This document shows positions 1 through 8,552 of a stretch of 13,173 nucleotides of DNA, one piece after another. The first letter of the stretch is position 1; every line of letters starts with the position of its first letter. The position numbers and the translations under genes were made by a program. This DNA is from a virus. Lineage: Duplodnaviria > Heunggongvirae > Uroviricota > Caudoviricetes. The stretch is taken from IMG/VR virus record IMGVR_UViG_638341082_000004. One strand, given 5' to 3'. Under the pieces are notes generated by a model. The model did no database searches. It had not been told where the DNA came from and was given only the letters and a program-made list of their open reading frames with translations.

Positions 1-1227
1 CTACGATAACCGCGCATTCAACATGGCTATCTGTTCGTCGTTCATGTCATCAATCCACATACCGTAAATTTCATACACCATCTGCGCAGTTTCATGCCCC
101 ATTTGGCTGGCTATAAATGCCGGGTTCGCTCCTGCCGTCAACAGCCAGCAGGCAAAAGTATGCCGCGTATGGTACGGATTACGGCGGCGAATACCAGCAC
201 GTTTTACTGCTGCATTCCACCTTGCCCCCAAACTGCTTACCGAGTAATAAGGTTTTTGTTTTCCGTTACACACCCTGGGCATGAAAACAAAATGCAGTTT
301 TTGCTTTTCGGTTCTGCCGTACTCCCGATGATAAAAGGTGATTTCGCTTTTGCGATGATGCCCGGTCAGTTTGTATTGCTCCTTCAGTGCTTCAAGAGCA
401 GGCTGCAGTAGTGTTACTGTTCGGATCCCGGCATTTGTTTTTGGGGGACCGAACATATCAAGTATCGTCAGGTTTCTTCTGACATTCACTATTCCCTTTT
501 CGAGATCCACATCCTCCCACGCCAGAGCTGCCAGTTCCCCGTGACGAAGTCCTGAGTAAACGGCAAATTTCCACAAGTTCTGGCTCTGTCCTTTTTCACT
601 TTCCATTAATGCATTGAATTCTGTTTTAGATAACGGATCAGGCTTTATTCTGTTTCGCTGTAATTTTTTTACTCCTTCAAATGGTTTGGTTGATATAAAT
701 CCCGACTGATACGCAAAACGCAATAGCGAACAGAGCAGGGCGATATAGTTATCAACTGTGCGCACGGTTCTTCCTTTTTTGTTGGATCTTGGATTATCCA
801 GGTAAAGCGTTTCTCCATGCAGCAGTTCATTCCGGTAGTTTAAGATATCGCTATAACGAATATGTGATATCGGGGTACTTTCACAAATTATTATTCTGAG
901 TGTTTTTAATTGTGATTTCGTTTTCTTCATTGTGTTTGTTGTTAACTCTGTCTCTTTAATTTTTGTCCAGATATCACAAAGCTCTCCGAACGTTTTTATG
1001 ACTCTCGTTGTCACCATTTTTGCCCCAGTGCTGGACTGGGGAAAACGTCTTAAATACTCAAATTCACCGGAGTTTATTTCATGAACTATCAGCGCTCTTA
1101 AATTTCCGGCCTTTTTAATATTACTGTTTGTAATCTCCCAGCCTTTTAATGTTTCCCGACATCGTTTTCCTCGAAACATGAACCAGATGCGAATGTATCT
1201 ACCTCTAATCTCGGGTAATGACTCCAA
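1..1227 (-). CDS. intR: Phage tyrosine integrase (Rac IntR-like); 5' end disrupted and fused to the IS1 right inverted repeat
   Basis: 408-aa minus-strand ORF with a tyrosine-recombinase C-terminal region (HTRHTFACWLL...GHET...MVYEIYG). The stop codon is bases 1-3. The first about 5 codons (TTG start, MESLP) are encoded by IS1 terminal sequence at 1214-1227, so the native N-terminus and promoter are missing. Protein matches Rac IntR from memory. Confidence 0.88.
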   Translation of the reverse strand: MESLPEIRGRYIRIWFMFRGKRCRETLKGWEITNSNIKKAGNLRALIVHEINSGEFEYLRRFPQSSTGAKMVTTRVIKTFGELCDIWTKIKETELTTNTMKKTKSQLKTLRIIICESTPISHIRYSDILNYRNELLHGETLYLDNPRSNKKGRTVRTVDNYIALLCSLLRFAYQSGFISTKPFEGVKKLQRNRIKPDPLSKTEFNALMESEKGQSQNLWKFAVYSGLRHGELAALAWEDVDLEKGIVNVRRNLTILDMFGPPKTNAGIRTVTLLQPALEALKEQYKLTGHHRKSEITFYHREYGRTEKQKLHFVFMPRVCNGKQKPYYSVSSLGARWNAAVKRAGIRRRNPYHTRHTFACWLLTAGANPAFIASQMGHETAQMVYEIYGMWIDDMNDEQIAMLNARLS

Positions 1228-1236
1228 CTTATTGAT
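1214..1236. repeat. IS1 right terminal inverted repeat (IRR)
   Basis: Sequence GGTAATGACTCCAACTTATTGAT read in the window. Confidence 0.85.
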
Positions 1237-1732
1237 AGTGTTTTATGTTCAGATAATGCCCGATGACTTTGTCATGCAGCTCCACCGATTTTGAGAACGA
1301 CAGCGACTTCCGTCCCAGCCGTGCCAGGTGCTGCCTCAGATTCAGGTTATGCCGCTCAATTCGCTGCGTATATCGCTTGCTGATTACGTGCAGCTTTCCC
1401 TTCAGGCGGGATTCATACAGCGGCCAGCCATCCGTCATCCATATCACCACGTCAAAGGGTGACAGCAGGCTCATAAGACGCCCCAGCGTCGCCATAGTGC
1501 GTTCACCGAATACGTGCGCAACAACCGTCTTCCGGAGCCTGTCATACGCGTAAAACAGCCAGCGCTGGCGCGATTTAGCCCCGACATAGCCCCACTGTTC
1601 GTCCATTTCCGCGCAGACGATGACGTCACTGCCCGGCTGTATGCGCGAGGTTACCGACTGCGGCCTGAGTTTTTTAAGTGACGTAAAATCGTGTTGAGGC
1701 CAACGCCCATAATGCGGGCAGTTGCCCGGCAT
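1229..1732 (-). CDS. insB: IS1 transposase InsB frame (expressed as InsAB' by -1 frameshift)
   Basis: 167-aa [28 protein letters not shown]... recognised as IS1 InsB. The A6C slippery motif TTAAAAAAC is present on the minus strand at about 1669-1677 in the insA/insB overlap. Confidence 0.88.
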
Positions 1733-1926
1733 CCAACGCCATTCATGGCCATATCAATGATTTTCTGGTGCGTACCGGGTTGAGAAGCGGTGTAAGTGAA
1801 CTGCAGTTGCCATGTTTTACGGCAGTGAGAGCAGAGATAGCGCTGATGTCCGGCGGTGCTTTTGCCGTTACGCACCACCCCGTCAGTAGCTGAACAGGAG
1901 GGACAGCTGATAGAAACAGAAGCCAC
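1651..1926 (-). CDS. insA: IS1 InsA (DNA-binding transposition inhibitor; N-terminal part of the InsAB' transposase)
   Basis: 91-aa [46 protein letters not shown]... recognised as IS1 InsA with its zinc-finger CxxC...CxxC. Confidence 0.88.
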
Positions 1927-1954
1927 TGGAGCACCTCAAAAACACCATCATACA

Positions 1955-2200
1955 CTAAATCAGTAAGTTGGCAGCATCACCTACTTTCTGCTCTCTGGAA
2001 ACGCCTGCTTCTTTTTTACCTGAGAGCATTTTTTCGCATTCTGATTTCGTTAGTTTAGATTTTGAATATCTTGTCCAGTTAGTAGGAGTGCCACCTTCCT
2101 TTTCAATAGTGGCGGTAATTTTATACATGAACACCTCCATTATTATTTCCAGTGGTTCGTTTATTCCATCTTTCGAGTGCTTCTTTTTCACTTCCACCAT
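1955..2200 (-). pseudogene. ydaC: ydaC-like small prophage gene, 3' end truncated by IS1 (last ~8 codons and stop are IS1-derived)
   Basis: Minus-strand ORF (...MYKITATIEKEGGTPTNWTRYSKSKLTKSECEKMLSGKKEAGVSREQKVG) runs into the IS1 IRL at 1981. Position between ralR and int matches ydaC in Rac. Real start is probably an internal ATG (2140 or 2128). Identity is by synteny and partial recall only. Confidence 0.45.
1959..1981. repeat. IS1 left terminal inverted repeat (IRL)
   Basis: Reverse complement of GGTGATGCTGCCAACTTACTGAT read in the window. Confidence 0.85.
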
Positions 2201-2315
2201 AACCGGTTCGGGATTCGCATCCGTTACACTTCGCTCGGTAATATCCTGAAATGGCTTTCACCGTTACTGATGGACAACCACAAAATGGACATGGTTTAAC
2301 ATTGTCATATCTCAT
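2121..2315 (-). CDS. ralR: Restriction alleviation protein Lar/RalR
   Basis: 64-aa product MRYDNVKPCPFCGCPSVTVKAISGYYRAKCNGCESRTGYGGSEKEALERWNKRTTGNNNGGVHV starting at the internal ATG of track ORF 2121..2354. Matches the Lar family zinc-ribbon protein of Rac. Confidence 0.85.
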   Translation of the reverse strand: MRYDNVKPCPFCGCPSVTVKAISGYYRAKCNGCESRTGYGGSEKEALERWNKRTTGNNNGGVHV

Positions 2316-2371
2316 AATTTTTCTCATAAAAAATATTTCAAGTTGGCGGTGCATTACACCGCCAGGCTGAA

Positions 2372-3181
2372 TTATTCCTCTGAATTATCGATTACACTGT
2401 ATTCCCCGGTTAATACAGAGGAATCTGCAGGATCGATTGTCAGTGGTTCCTTTTCATCCATTGATACTGCACGCTGGATCTCAATTGATACGGGCAGATA
2501 TTTGAACAGGCGACGAATAGCCGTTTTCTTTGCCATTTCTTCCCAGTGAGTTACCCACGGCCCGTTATTACCAGCTTTACTCAGGCTGCGCACCAGCTCA
2601 ATCTGTTTGCGCGTCATAACTTCAAACTGAGTACCTCCGTCTTTCAGTCTTGCGACAGCATAGACGTGGGTAACCGGGGCATCTTCGTTTTCTCCCGGGC
2701 GGTGTATTAACTTTTCATCAAGGCCAAATTCGAAGCTAAACTCGTCACCTTCACGGACAACACGGGCTGACAGGCTGGCGATTTGACCAGAACGGCGAGC
2801 CAGATCAATCATGCCGCGATAGCCAATGATTAGCTGAACGTTCTTTTTACCGCTCTTTTCGTTTTTATTACCAAAAGGCAGTAAATATGCATGACCGAGG
2901 GCGCTACCTGGCTCAAGTCCGAGCTGTGAACACTGTACGATCGCACTGACAAAACTCATAGTGTCACAGTTTCCTAACGCCGGAACTTTACGAATTTCTG
3001 TAGTGGCGATACGGATCATACGTTCAGCCGTCATATGGCGTGGAAGAGCTGCTGCCAGTTGCTCTTTCATTGATGGCTGGTTAATAAAACTAATCACGTC
3101 GCTATTTTTAACTGCTGCTGGTGCACGGTTTCCCTGAGTTTTTTGCAGATCGGCTTTTGCGATTGGTGGTTGCTTAGTCAT
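2372..3181 (-). CDS. recT: Recombinase RecT (single-strand annealing protein)
   Basis: 269-aa product beginning [21 protein letters not shown]... from the ATG at 3181 within track ORF 2372..3238. Overlaps the recE stop by 8 nt. Recognised as Rac RecT. Confidence 0.92.
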   Translation of the reverse strand: MTKQPPIAKADLQKTQGNRAPAAVKNSDVISFINQPSMKEQLAAALPRHMTAERMIRIATTEIRKVPALGNCDTMSFVSAIVQCSQLGLEPGSALGHAYLLPFGNKNEKSGKKNVQLIIGYRGMIDLARRSGQIASLSARVVREGDEFSFEFGLDEKLIHRPGENEDAPVTHVYAVARLKDGGTQFEVMTRKQIELVRSLSKAGNNGPWVTHWEEMAKKTAIRRLFKYLPVSIEIQRAVSMDEKEPLTIDPADSSVLTGEYSVIDNSEE

Positions 3182-5774
3182 TTGCATATTCCTTAGCCCA
3201 GCGGGGCAGTGATAATGTCTTAATAGCTGGCCATTCATCGGTATTCAGGCAGTCAGACAGGGTTCGCAGATTGCGGTGATATTCCTGTTGACCTGCCAGT
3301 TTTGCTTCTTCGCCCATCATGAAAATTTCAACCGGATAACGTCCGCATTCAATAGTTGTGCTGGCAACCAGAAAAACGAAAGTTGGCTGCACTCCAAACT
3401 GTGCTTCATAACCGTCACTGTAGAATGCATCCTGAACGTGATAGCGGTAGTCGTAATAAGCGGTTTTGAATCGTTGAATATCCGCCGTAGTTTTCACGTC
3501 CATGATCCAGTGAAATTCAGGGATAATTTTGTCCGGACGGCACCGACACAAAATTCCTGTTTCAGGATCTTCCCAGTAAATTGATGATTCAGCGTGTCCG
3601 GCGCTTTCAACAAGCCATTGCCCCAGCGGCAAAGCCATAACGCTTTGATACATGAGTTCAATTTTCCGGCCTTCTTCCGCAGTGATAACCGTTTTTCCTG
3701 TGCTTGCGCATTCCATCAGAAACGCTTTCTCTTCTTCTTTTCCGGCGTTTGTACGGCGGTTAAATTCAGGTGCTACGATAAAGCGGTTACTGAATTCTTC
3801 CGGTTCAAGTACCCGGCAGTGGAAAGCAGTTCCTAAATCGAGCGTTTTTGTCTTTGTGGTGTCCACGGGGGCATTTTTACGCCACAAATATAGTGCCGGA
3901 GTATCAGCAATGTCATCGAGCTGAGACTTACTGATACCGGGACCCGCGTGGTAATTCTCATTCGAAATTCCGTAATAAATACCTGGCTCTATGTCTTCTA
4001 CGATTACGGGATCTGCGACTTCGCCAGTTTCATCACTGCAATCGTGATGCGGATCGCTGCCAGCATTCTCATTGTGCGGATGTTCAGCGCCTTCCATTTC
4101 CTCCGGATCATTTTCCTTAGCTTCAACCTGACTCTCTTCATCGAATGTTTCCTGGTATGTTGCGTCGCCCATCACCGCACCACAGTCAGGGCAGTTATCC
4201 CCGCCAGTCTGGCCGCAGGCATTGCAGGCTATTTCCGGTTCCTGTTGCACTACTGGCTCAGGTTGATTCATATCTGGGCTGGTTTTTTCCGTTTCTGGCT
4301 GGTTCTGGTACACACAATCGCGAGTCTGGATCCCCTTTACCCATTTCGGATCGTTCGGGTCGCTAATTCCGTCAACAAATTCACCACGTGATGCAGCAAG
4401 CAATTTATCGGCATCGACAGGATTTTTTGATGGAATGTTTTTCCGGGCTTCATGGAGTTCTGCCCGCAGTTCCTGATATTTCGCATCAACAGAATTTACC
4501 TGTGACTGAGCATCCAGCGGCTGCGTGTCCTGATGATGTTCAGTTGCGTCCGGTTCCATTGTTTCAGCCTCTCCCTGTTCAACTGCCGTTGTTCCAGATG
4601 GTTGCGGTTTTTCTTCATCATCCTGTTTTCCTTCTTCTGTTACTCGCTGCGGCATCGGGGCAGAGGAGCGACCGCAGGCAATATCCACGATTTCCGGATC
4701 AGGGTTGGCATGATCGGTTTCAGTCAGTACTTTGTTCAGATATTCAGTGACGTGCGCGGGGATGACCTCGATCCCAATTGGTGCTTCTTTTACGGACGCA
4801 ACCACGATGGCGCGGGAATAATCCAGCCCGCCAGGCATGGTGATGAATTTGTCGCGGAAAACAGAAAAGGGCGGTTTATTTTCAGCGATAATTTCCTCAA
4901 TGCGTTTAGCGTGTGCCGGATGAAGGTTATAGATGTCCAGATCCATTGAACGGGCCAGTACGCCAGTGGCTACGTCGCGCGCCAGTGACGTCAGATCGTG
5001 TACGAAACCTTCGCCGCGATCGGTGAGGTTTCCGCCGCCAGCATTAGCACCGGAAGCCGTGCGAGTGATGTGTGAAACACGATTACCCTTCATCCACTCT
5101 TTTGTCAGCAGTCCTCGATCGGTGTAGTCAGCGTTCAGGTATGCTTCGAAAAAAGCAGTTATCAGTCCCAGGTTTGAATTACCAGGATTAGGGAAAACTT
5201 TGTCAGTGTCACGAACCAGTTTGTGGAGTTCGCGAATTTCCAGCGGGTCGAGCAGGCTGGTTTTGTGGGAAACAGCCAGGGCAGTAACAGCCGGTAGTTC
5301 TTCAGCCCGAGCAATGTGTAATGCCTGGAGTCCGTCGCGTGAAACGTGCGTTACCGGTTTTTCGCTGCCGTGTTGAGCAAGCCAACGAATGGGCAGTTCC
5401 TGGCCAGAAATTGGGATTAGCATATTCTCCTCAATCTCAGTCATGTCTTCGCCGTTGACGTTGGTATTGCCTTGATAATGAGCGTTGTCTGGTGCTGCTC
5501 CCGGTTTTAGTTCCCATGTCATGGAGTCTTTGCTGAGTTGATAGCGTTCACTCCAGGTAAAATCGATCTCACCTTCAGCGGGCAGGTCATTAACGACAGG
5601 AAAATTCGTGGCAACAGCTTTAAAATAGCTGCTCAGTTTTTTACCTGACTTAACGATCAGGTAGTCCAGAGTGGCACAGGTCGATTCAAAATCGTTGCTT
5701 GCCCACAGGACGACGTCAGGTTCACCGGATGATTTTTTCGCTTTCCGTAACAGGAAGAGTGGTTTTGTGCTCAT
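3174..5774 (-). CDS. recE: Exodeoxyribonuclease VIII RecE
   Basis: 866-aa [27 protein letters not shown]...WAKEYAND, full length for RecE, with an acidic central region and C-terminal nuclease domain. SD GAGGT upstream. Confidence 0.93.
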   Translation of the reverse strand: MSTKPLFLLRKAKKSSGEPDVVLWASNDFESTCATLDYLIVKSGKKLSSYFKAVATNFPVVNDLPAEGEIDFTWSERYQLSKDSMTWELKPGAAPDNAHYQGNTNVNGEDMTEIEENMLIPISGQELPIRWLAQHGSEKPVTHVSRDGLQALHIARAEELPAVTALAVSHKTSLLDPLEIRELHKLVRDTDKVFPNPGNSNLGLITAFFEAYLNADYTDRGLLTKEWMKGNRVSHITRTASGANAGGGNLTDRGEGFVHDLTSLARDVATGVLARSMDLDIYNLHPAHAKRIEEIIAENKPPFSVFRDKFITMPGGLDYSRAIVVASVKEAPIGIEVIPAHVTEYLNKVLTETDHANPDPEIVDIACGRSSAPMPQRVTEEGKQDDEEKPQPSGTTAVEQGEAETMEPDATEHHQDTQPLDAQSQVNSVDAKYQELRAELHEARKNIPSKNPVDADKLLAASRGEFVDGISDPNDPKWVKGIQTRDCVYQNQPETEKTSPDMNQPEPVVQQEPEIACNACGQTGGDNCPDCGAVMGDATYQETFDEESQVEAKENDPEEMEGAEHPHNENAGSDPHHDCSDETGEVADPVIVEDIEPGIYYGISNENYHAGPGISKSQLDDIADTPALYLWRKNAPVDTTKTKTLDLGTAFHCRVLEPEEFSNRFIVAPEFNRRTNAGKEEEKAFLMECASTGKTVITAEEGRKIELMYQSVMALPLGQWLVESAGHAESSIYWEDPETGILCRCRPDKIIPEFHWIMDVKTTADIQRFKTAYYDYRYHVQDAFYSDGYEAQFGVQPTFVFLVASTTIECGRYPVEIFMMGEEAKLAGQQEYHRNLRTLSDCLNTDEWPAIKTLSLPRWAKEYAND

Positions 5775-5845
5775 TGTTTTTTAACCTCAACTCAGATTAA
5801 AATTCGTTTTGTTCAGTGAATGATCTTGCCGGATACACACTGTTC

Positions 5846-5870
5846 ATAGCCTGCGCCATACGCAGGCTAT
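5846..5870. promoter_or_regulatory. Perfect 10-bp-arm hairpin in the racC-recE intergenic region
   Basis: ATAGCCTGCG-ccata-CGCAGGCTAT read directly, 5 nt after the racC stop and about 70 nt before the recE start. Confidence 0.35.
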
Positions 5871-5875
5871 TTCTT

Positions 5876-6151
5876 TCAGATTTCACCTTTTAATTTCATT
5901 GCAATTAGAGTTGCCAGAAATTCGGCTTTTTTTTCTGCGGGCAGATTCTTTCCGATATGCACCAGGCACATTTTTTTGACACCTTCATCAAGTGTTTTTA
6001 CGTTGCCTGATGGACCATCGATATCAACCACAGTGAATGGGGTTTCTTTATTTTCTGTTTTAATTACGTAGCCAATGCGCTTTCCTTCCAGATTCACCTC
6101 GTGAACAATGTCATCGGTAGTTACAACAGTGGCTTCATAATTGGTAATCAT
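5876..6151 (-). CDS. racC: Rac prophage protein RacC
   Basis: 91-aa product MITNYEATVVTTDDIVHEVNLEGKRIGYVIKTENKETPF... from the internal ATG at 6151, which has a strong SD (AGGAG, 5-nt spacing). The longer 6199 start lacks an SD. Confidence 0.85.
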   Translation of the reverse strand: MITNYEATVVTTDDIVHEVNLEGKRIGYVIKTENKETPFTVVDIDGPSGNVKTLDEGVKKMCLVHIGKNLPAEKKAEFLATLIAMKLKGEI

Positions 6152-6225
6152 GTTTTTCTCCTTAATTAAGGTTGAGCGAATACCTGCCATTTCTGGCATA
6201 AATTCAGTTTCGAATAGTCAATTAA

Positions 6226-6396
6226 TTAAAGTTCATGTGCCATCTGGTCTTTTTCGGCACAAGCTTCACTGCAATATTTTCTCGGTTCGTCTTTTGATAA
6301 AATCCCGTGCATGAAGTGAAGCATTCTTTCAATAGCTTTGCTTTCTTCAACGTCTTTTTTGCAAAGGTGGTAAGCACATTTTATTTTCTTAGTCAT
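6226..6396 (-). CDS. ydaE: Small Cys-rich protein YdaE (putative metal-binding)
   Basis: Hand-translated 56-aa ORF, absent from the ORF track (below cutoff): [56 protein letters not shown]. Start ATG overlaps the kilR stop (ATGA). Has CxxxxC and CxxxC pairs. Confidence 0.75.
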   Translation of the reverse strand: MTKKIKCAYHLCKKDVEESKAIERMLHFMHGILSKDEPRKYCSEACAEKDQMAHEL

Positions 6397-6617
6397 CACC
6401 ATGACTCCGCCTTTACAGGTAAACCATCACGACCGAGGAAGACTTTAATCATGCGGTCAGTAATGCATGTTTTTGTGGTCAGGTTACGAATATATAGTTT
6501 TCGCTTTTTAATATTGTTTGCCGAGGCAATATATGTCCGGCCTTCATGAAGAACATAATCGCCAGGAGTCACACACTGACGTGGTATTTCATCAGTTCCG
6601 AAGTGATGTGCAATCAT
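6396..6617 (-). CDS. kilR: Cell-division inhibitor KilR
   Basis: 73-aa product [46 protein letters not shown]... from the internal ATG at 6617 with SD GGAG upstream. Recognised as Rac KilR. Confidence 0.85.
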   Translation of the reverse strand: MIAHHFGTDEIPRQCVTPGDYVLHEGRTYIASANNIKKRKLYIRNLTTKTCITDRMIKVFLGRDGLPVKAESW

Positions 6618-7058
6618 AATTATCTCCATTTTTACAAATGAACTTTGTTGATGCGGTGCCTGGTGCCTCCAGGTGACTGCAACCAGTTAACAATTACAGT
6701 CGGCTTTCCCACCCAAACCAATAAGGACTAACATGACTTTTAACTGTGCCACGTGCGCTTAGCCGCATTCACCGCATCACAAAATTCACTTTAAAAAGGG
6801 CGGACATCAGCCGAACTTCAAGAAAAAAACTGATGCCGCCAGGACTACACACAGCAATGTCGTTATTTACAACCGGAGGCGCACTCCCACCATTTAAATT
6901 TAACAGACAAGACCGACTCTTTATGGATATCGGAAATGCGCCTTCGTGTTGTGCCCGGTTTTATTTCACCACCTCCGGACTTCGGTGGTCTCGGCTATAC
7001 CCCTACAGCGAGAGCTTGTGTTAACATTTCAATACCCTTACAGTTGAGAGTTATTGAT

Positions 7059-7547
7059 ATGTTGGATGTATTTACTCCATTGTTGAAACTTTTTGCTAAC
7101 GAGCCACTCGAAAGACTTATGTATACGATTATCATTTTTGGTCTCACTCTCTGGCTGATACCGAAAGAGTTTACTGCCGCATTCAATGCTTATACTGAAA
7201 TACCTTGGCTCTTTCAGATTATCGTTTTTGCCTTTTCTTTCGTGGTCGCCATTTCCTTCTCAAGATTGCGAGCACATATTCAAAAGCATTATTCATTACT
7301 ACCAGAGCAACGAGTATTGCTTCGTTTATCTGAGAAAGAAATCGCTGTATTTAAAGATTTCCTTAAAACAGGAAATCTTATTATCACTTCTCCTTGCCGT
7401 AACCCGGTTATGAAAAAATTAGAACGGAAGGGCATCATTCAACATCAGAGTGATAGCGCAAACTGTTCTTATTATCTCGTCACCGAAAAATACTCCCATT
7501 TTATGAAGTTATTCTGGAACAGCAGGAGTAGACGTTTTAATCGTTAG
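7059..7547 (+). CDS. sieB: Superinfection exclusion protein B
   Basis: 162-aa product MLDVFTPLLKLFANEPLERLMYTIIIFGLTLWLIP... with predicted N-terminal membrane helices, starting at the internal ATG 7059 of track ORF 6936..7547. Confidence 0.85.
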   Translation: MLDVFTPLLKLFANEPLERLMYTIIIFGLTLWLIPKEFTAAFNAYTEIPWLFQIIVFAFSFVVAISFSRLRAHIQKHYSLLPEQRVLLRLSEKEIAVFKDFLKTGNLIITSPCRNPVMKKLERKGIIQHQSDSANCSYYLVTEKYSHFMKLFWNSRSRRFNR

Positions 7548-7699
7548 CTTACTGTGTGCTTCTCCAACCATCGGCGCGCACCAGTTTCGGTTTTAAATGT
7601 TTTGCTTTTGGTATACGTCATGGCAGTGAACGTTCCATCCTGGTTGGGGAACACGCCGCACACCAGGGATTCGTTGTTGCCGAGGTCGATTTTTTGCAT
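7544..7699 (-). CDS. ydaF: Small prophage protein YdaF
   Basis: Hand-translated 51-aa ORF not in the track: MQKIDLGNNESLVCGVFPNQDGTFTAMTYTKSKTFKTETGARRWLEKHTVS. Its 3' end overlaps the convergent sieB stop by 4 nt. Confidence 0.7.
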   Translation of the reverse strand: MQKIDLGNNESLVCGVFPNQDGTFTAMTYTKSKTFKTETGARRWLEKHTVS

Positions 7700-7709
7700 T
7701 TTGCGAATC

Positions 7710-7844
7710 TCACATCTTGTTGCTACGTATAGCGACTTCTGCCTGCCAGAGATCCCAGTCGTTGCTGCGTAAAGCCTGCACAGCCTGGTTGTAAGTGATA
7801 CCGCAACAATCCATCAAATACTGAACTACTTCGTAATGCACCAT
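7710..7844 (-). CDS. ydaG: Small prophage protein YdaG
   Basis: Hand-translated 44-aa ORF not in the track: MVHYEVVQYLMDCCGITYNQAVQALRSNDWDLWQAEVAIRSNKM. Confidence 0.7.
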   Translation of the reverse strand: MVHYEVVQYLMDCCGITYNQAVQALRSNDWDLWQAEVAIRSNKM

Positions 7845-7989
7845 CTTATCTATCCCCTTAACGCCGGGTGGCGGAACTAACTGCTGCACTGCAAAATTTG
7901 AATCCCGCCGTCATGTTCATACGCCTCGGGCTGGCTACTTAACCCCTGACCACTGCCTGGTAACTCGAAGTATTGCCCGGCGTTCTGTG

Positions 7990-8060
7990 GGGCGGGGTGG
8001 GTTGGTAGGTATATAATGTACTTTGTGTTCATCATTGTAAAGTACTTTAAGTACATTTTA
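7990..8060 (-). promoter_or_regulatory. Candidate leftward early promoter/operator (PL/OL-like) upstream of ydaG
   Basis: AT-rich segment with palindrome GTACTTTAAGTAC (8042-8054) and ATGTACT motifs. On the minus strand TTACAA-17bp-ATTATA resembles -35/-10. Inference only. Confidence 0.35.
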
Positions 8061-8132
8061 TGTATAAAAAAAATGAGACGGGATAAAGTGAAGCACAAAC
8101 CCGGAGGGGGACGCTACCGGATTTATGCTGGT

Positions 8133-8552
8133 TTAAGAGGCTTTTTGTTTTTTCTTTCGTGCTAACTCTTCGTAAATTGCATTGTACTTCTGTTTTTTCT
8201 CCTCAAGAGTTTTTAAAAGTTCATCTGTCTCACTGTCAGGGAGCTCGTCCAGAAGGTCAATGATGATTTTTTGTCTTGGATTTAACTCCTGATAGAAACG
8301 TATCTGTCCACTTTCTTCTGTATCCTCTCCCAAAAGATAGGTTGGTGTTGTTCCAATGAGTGTTGCTAATTCCCTTAATTTCTCTCGGCGAGGAATTGTT
8401 TCACCATTAAACCATTTGCTAACCGCTTTTGGTGTTAATTTCATTCGACGGGCAATTTCTGCCTGCCTTCCATGTTGTTCATAACCAGCGTTTTCACAGG
8501 CTAGCGCAAGCCTACTGGCGAACTCTTTACGCGCTTTATCTTCATGAACCAT
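8133..8552 (-). CDS. racR: Rac prophage repressor RacR (CI-like HTH regulator)
   Basis: 139-aa ORF MVHEDKARKEFASRLALACENAGYEQHGRQAEIARRMKLTPKAVSKWFNGETIPRREKL... with an HTH (Xre-type) N-terminal domain, divergent from ydaS. Confidence 0.85.
   Translation of the reverse strand: MVHEDKARKEFASRLALACENAGYEQHGRQAEIARRMKLTPKAVSKWFNGETIPRREKLRELATLIGTTPTYLLGEDTEESGQIRFYQELNPRQKIIIDLLDELPDSETDELLKTLEEKKQKYNAIYEELARKKKQKAS

Larger units (their letters stand above)
1214..1981 (-). mobile_element. IS1 insertion sequence, complete 768-bp copy
   Basis: Terminal inverted repeats read directly: GGTAATGACTCCAACTTATTGAT at 1214-1236 and reverse complement of GGTGATGCTGCCAACTTACTGAT ending at 1981. Length is exactly 768 bp and it contains insA and insB. 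Flanking 9-mers differ (ctaatctcg vs tactttctg), so there is no target-site duplication. Confidence 0.92.

Noticed and set aside
94-411. 105-aa plus-strand ORF
   Set aside because: Antisense to the integrase C-terminal coding region; no SD or context.
1263-1955. Alternative-frame ORFs inside IS1 (1263..1553 +, 1743..1955 -)
   Set aside because: They overlap insA/insB in other frames; only insA and insB are the known IS1 coding frames.
1968-2549. Plus-strand ORFs 1968..2249 and 2343..2549
   Set aside because: Antisense to ydaC/ralR and to the recT 3' end; no support.
3182-3238. N-terminal extension of recT from ATG 3238 ([19 protein letters not shown])
   Set aside because: It would overlap recE by 65 nt. 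The ATG at 3181 gives the canonical MTKQPP start and the usual short recE/recT overlap.
3276-5127. Several plus-strand ORFs (102, 80, 90, 147, 73, 120, 138, 64 aa) inside the recE region
   Set aside because: All lie antisense within the well-supported 866-aa recE reading frame and have low-complexity or odd composition. They are shadow ORFs.
6152-6199. N-terminal extension of racC from ATG 6199
   Set aside because: No SD before 6199, whereas the ATG at 6151 has AGGAG at ideal spacing.
6307-6549. 80-aa plus-strand ORF
   Set aside because: Antisense to ydaE and kilR; GTG start, no SD.
6746-7058. 92-aa plus-strand ORF and the N-terminal extension of sieB (6936..7058)
   Set aside because: Lies in the kilR-sieB regulatory gap with unconvincing composition; the sieB product starting at ATG 7059 (MLDVFTPLL) is the recognisable form.
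7554-7772. 72-aa plus-strand ORF
   Set aside because: Antisense to the hand-translated ydaF and ydaG small genes, which give recognisable products.
7877-8098. 73-aa minus-strand ORF between ydaG and racR
   Set aside because: Sits in the AT-rich putative PL/OL regulatory region with low-complexity translation; more likely non-coding.
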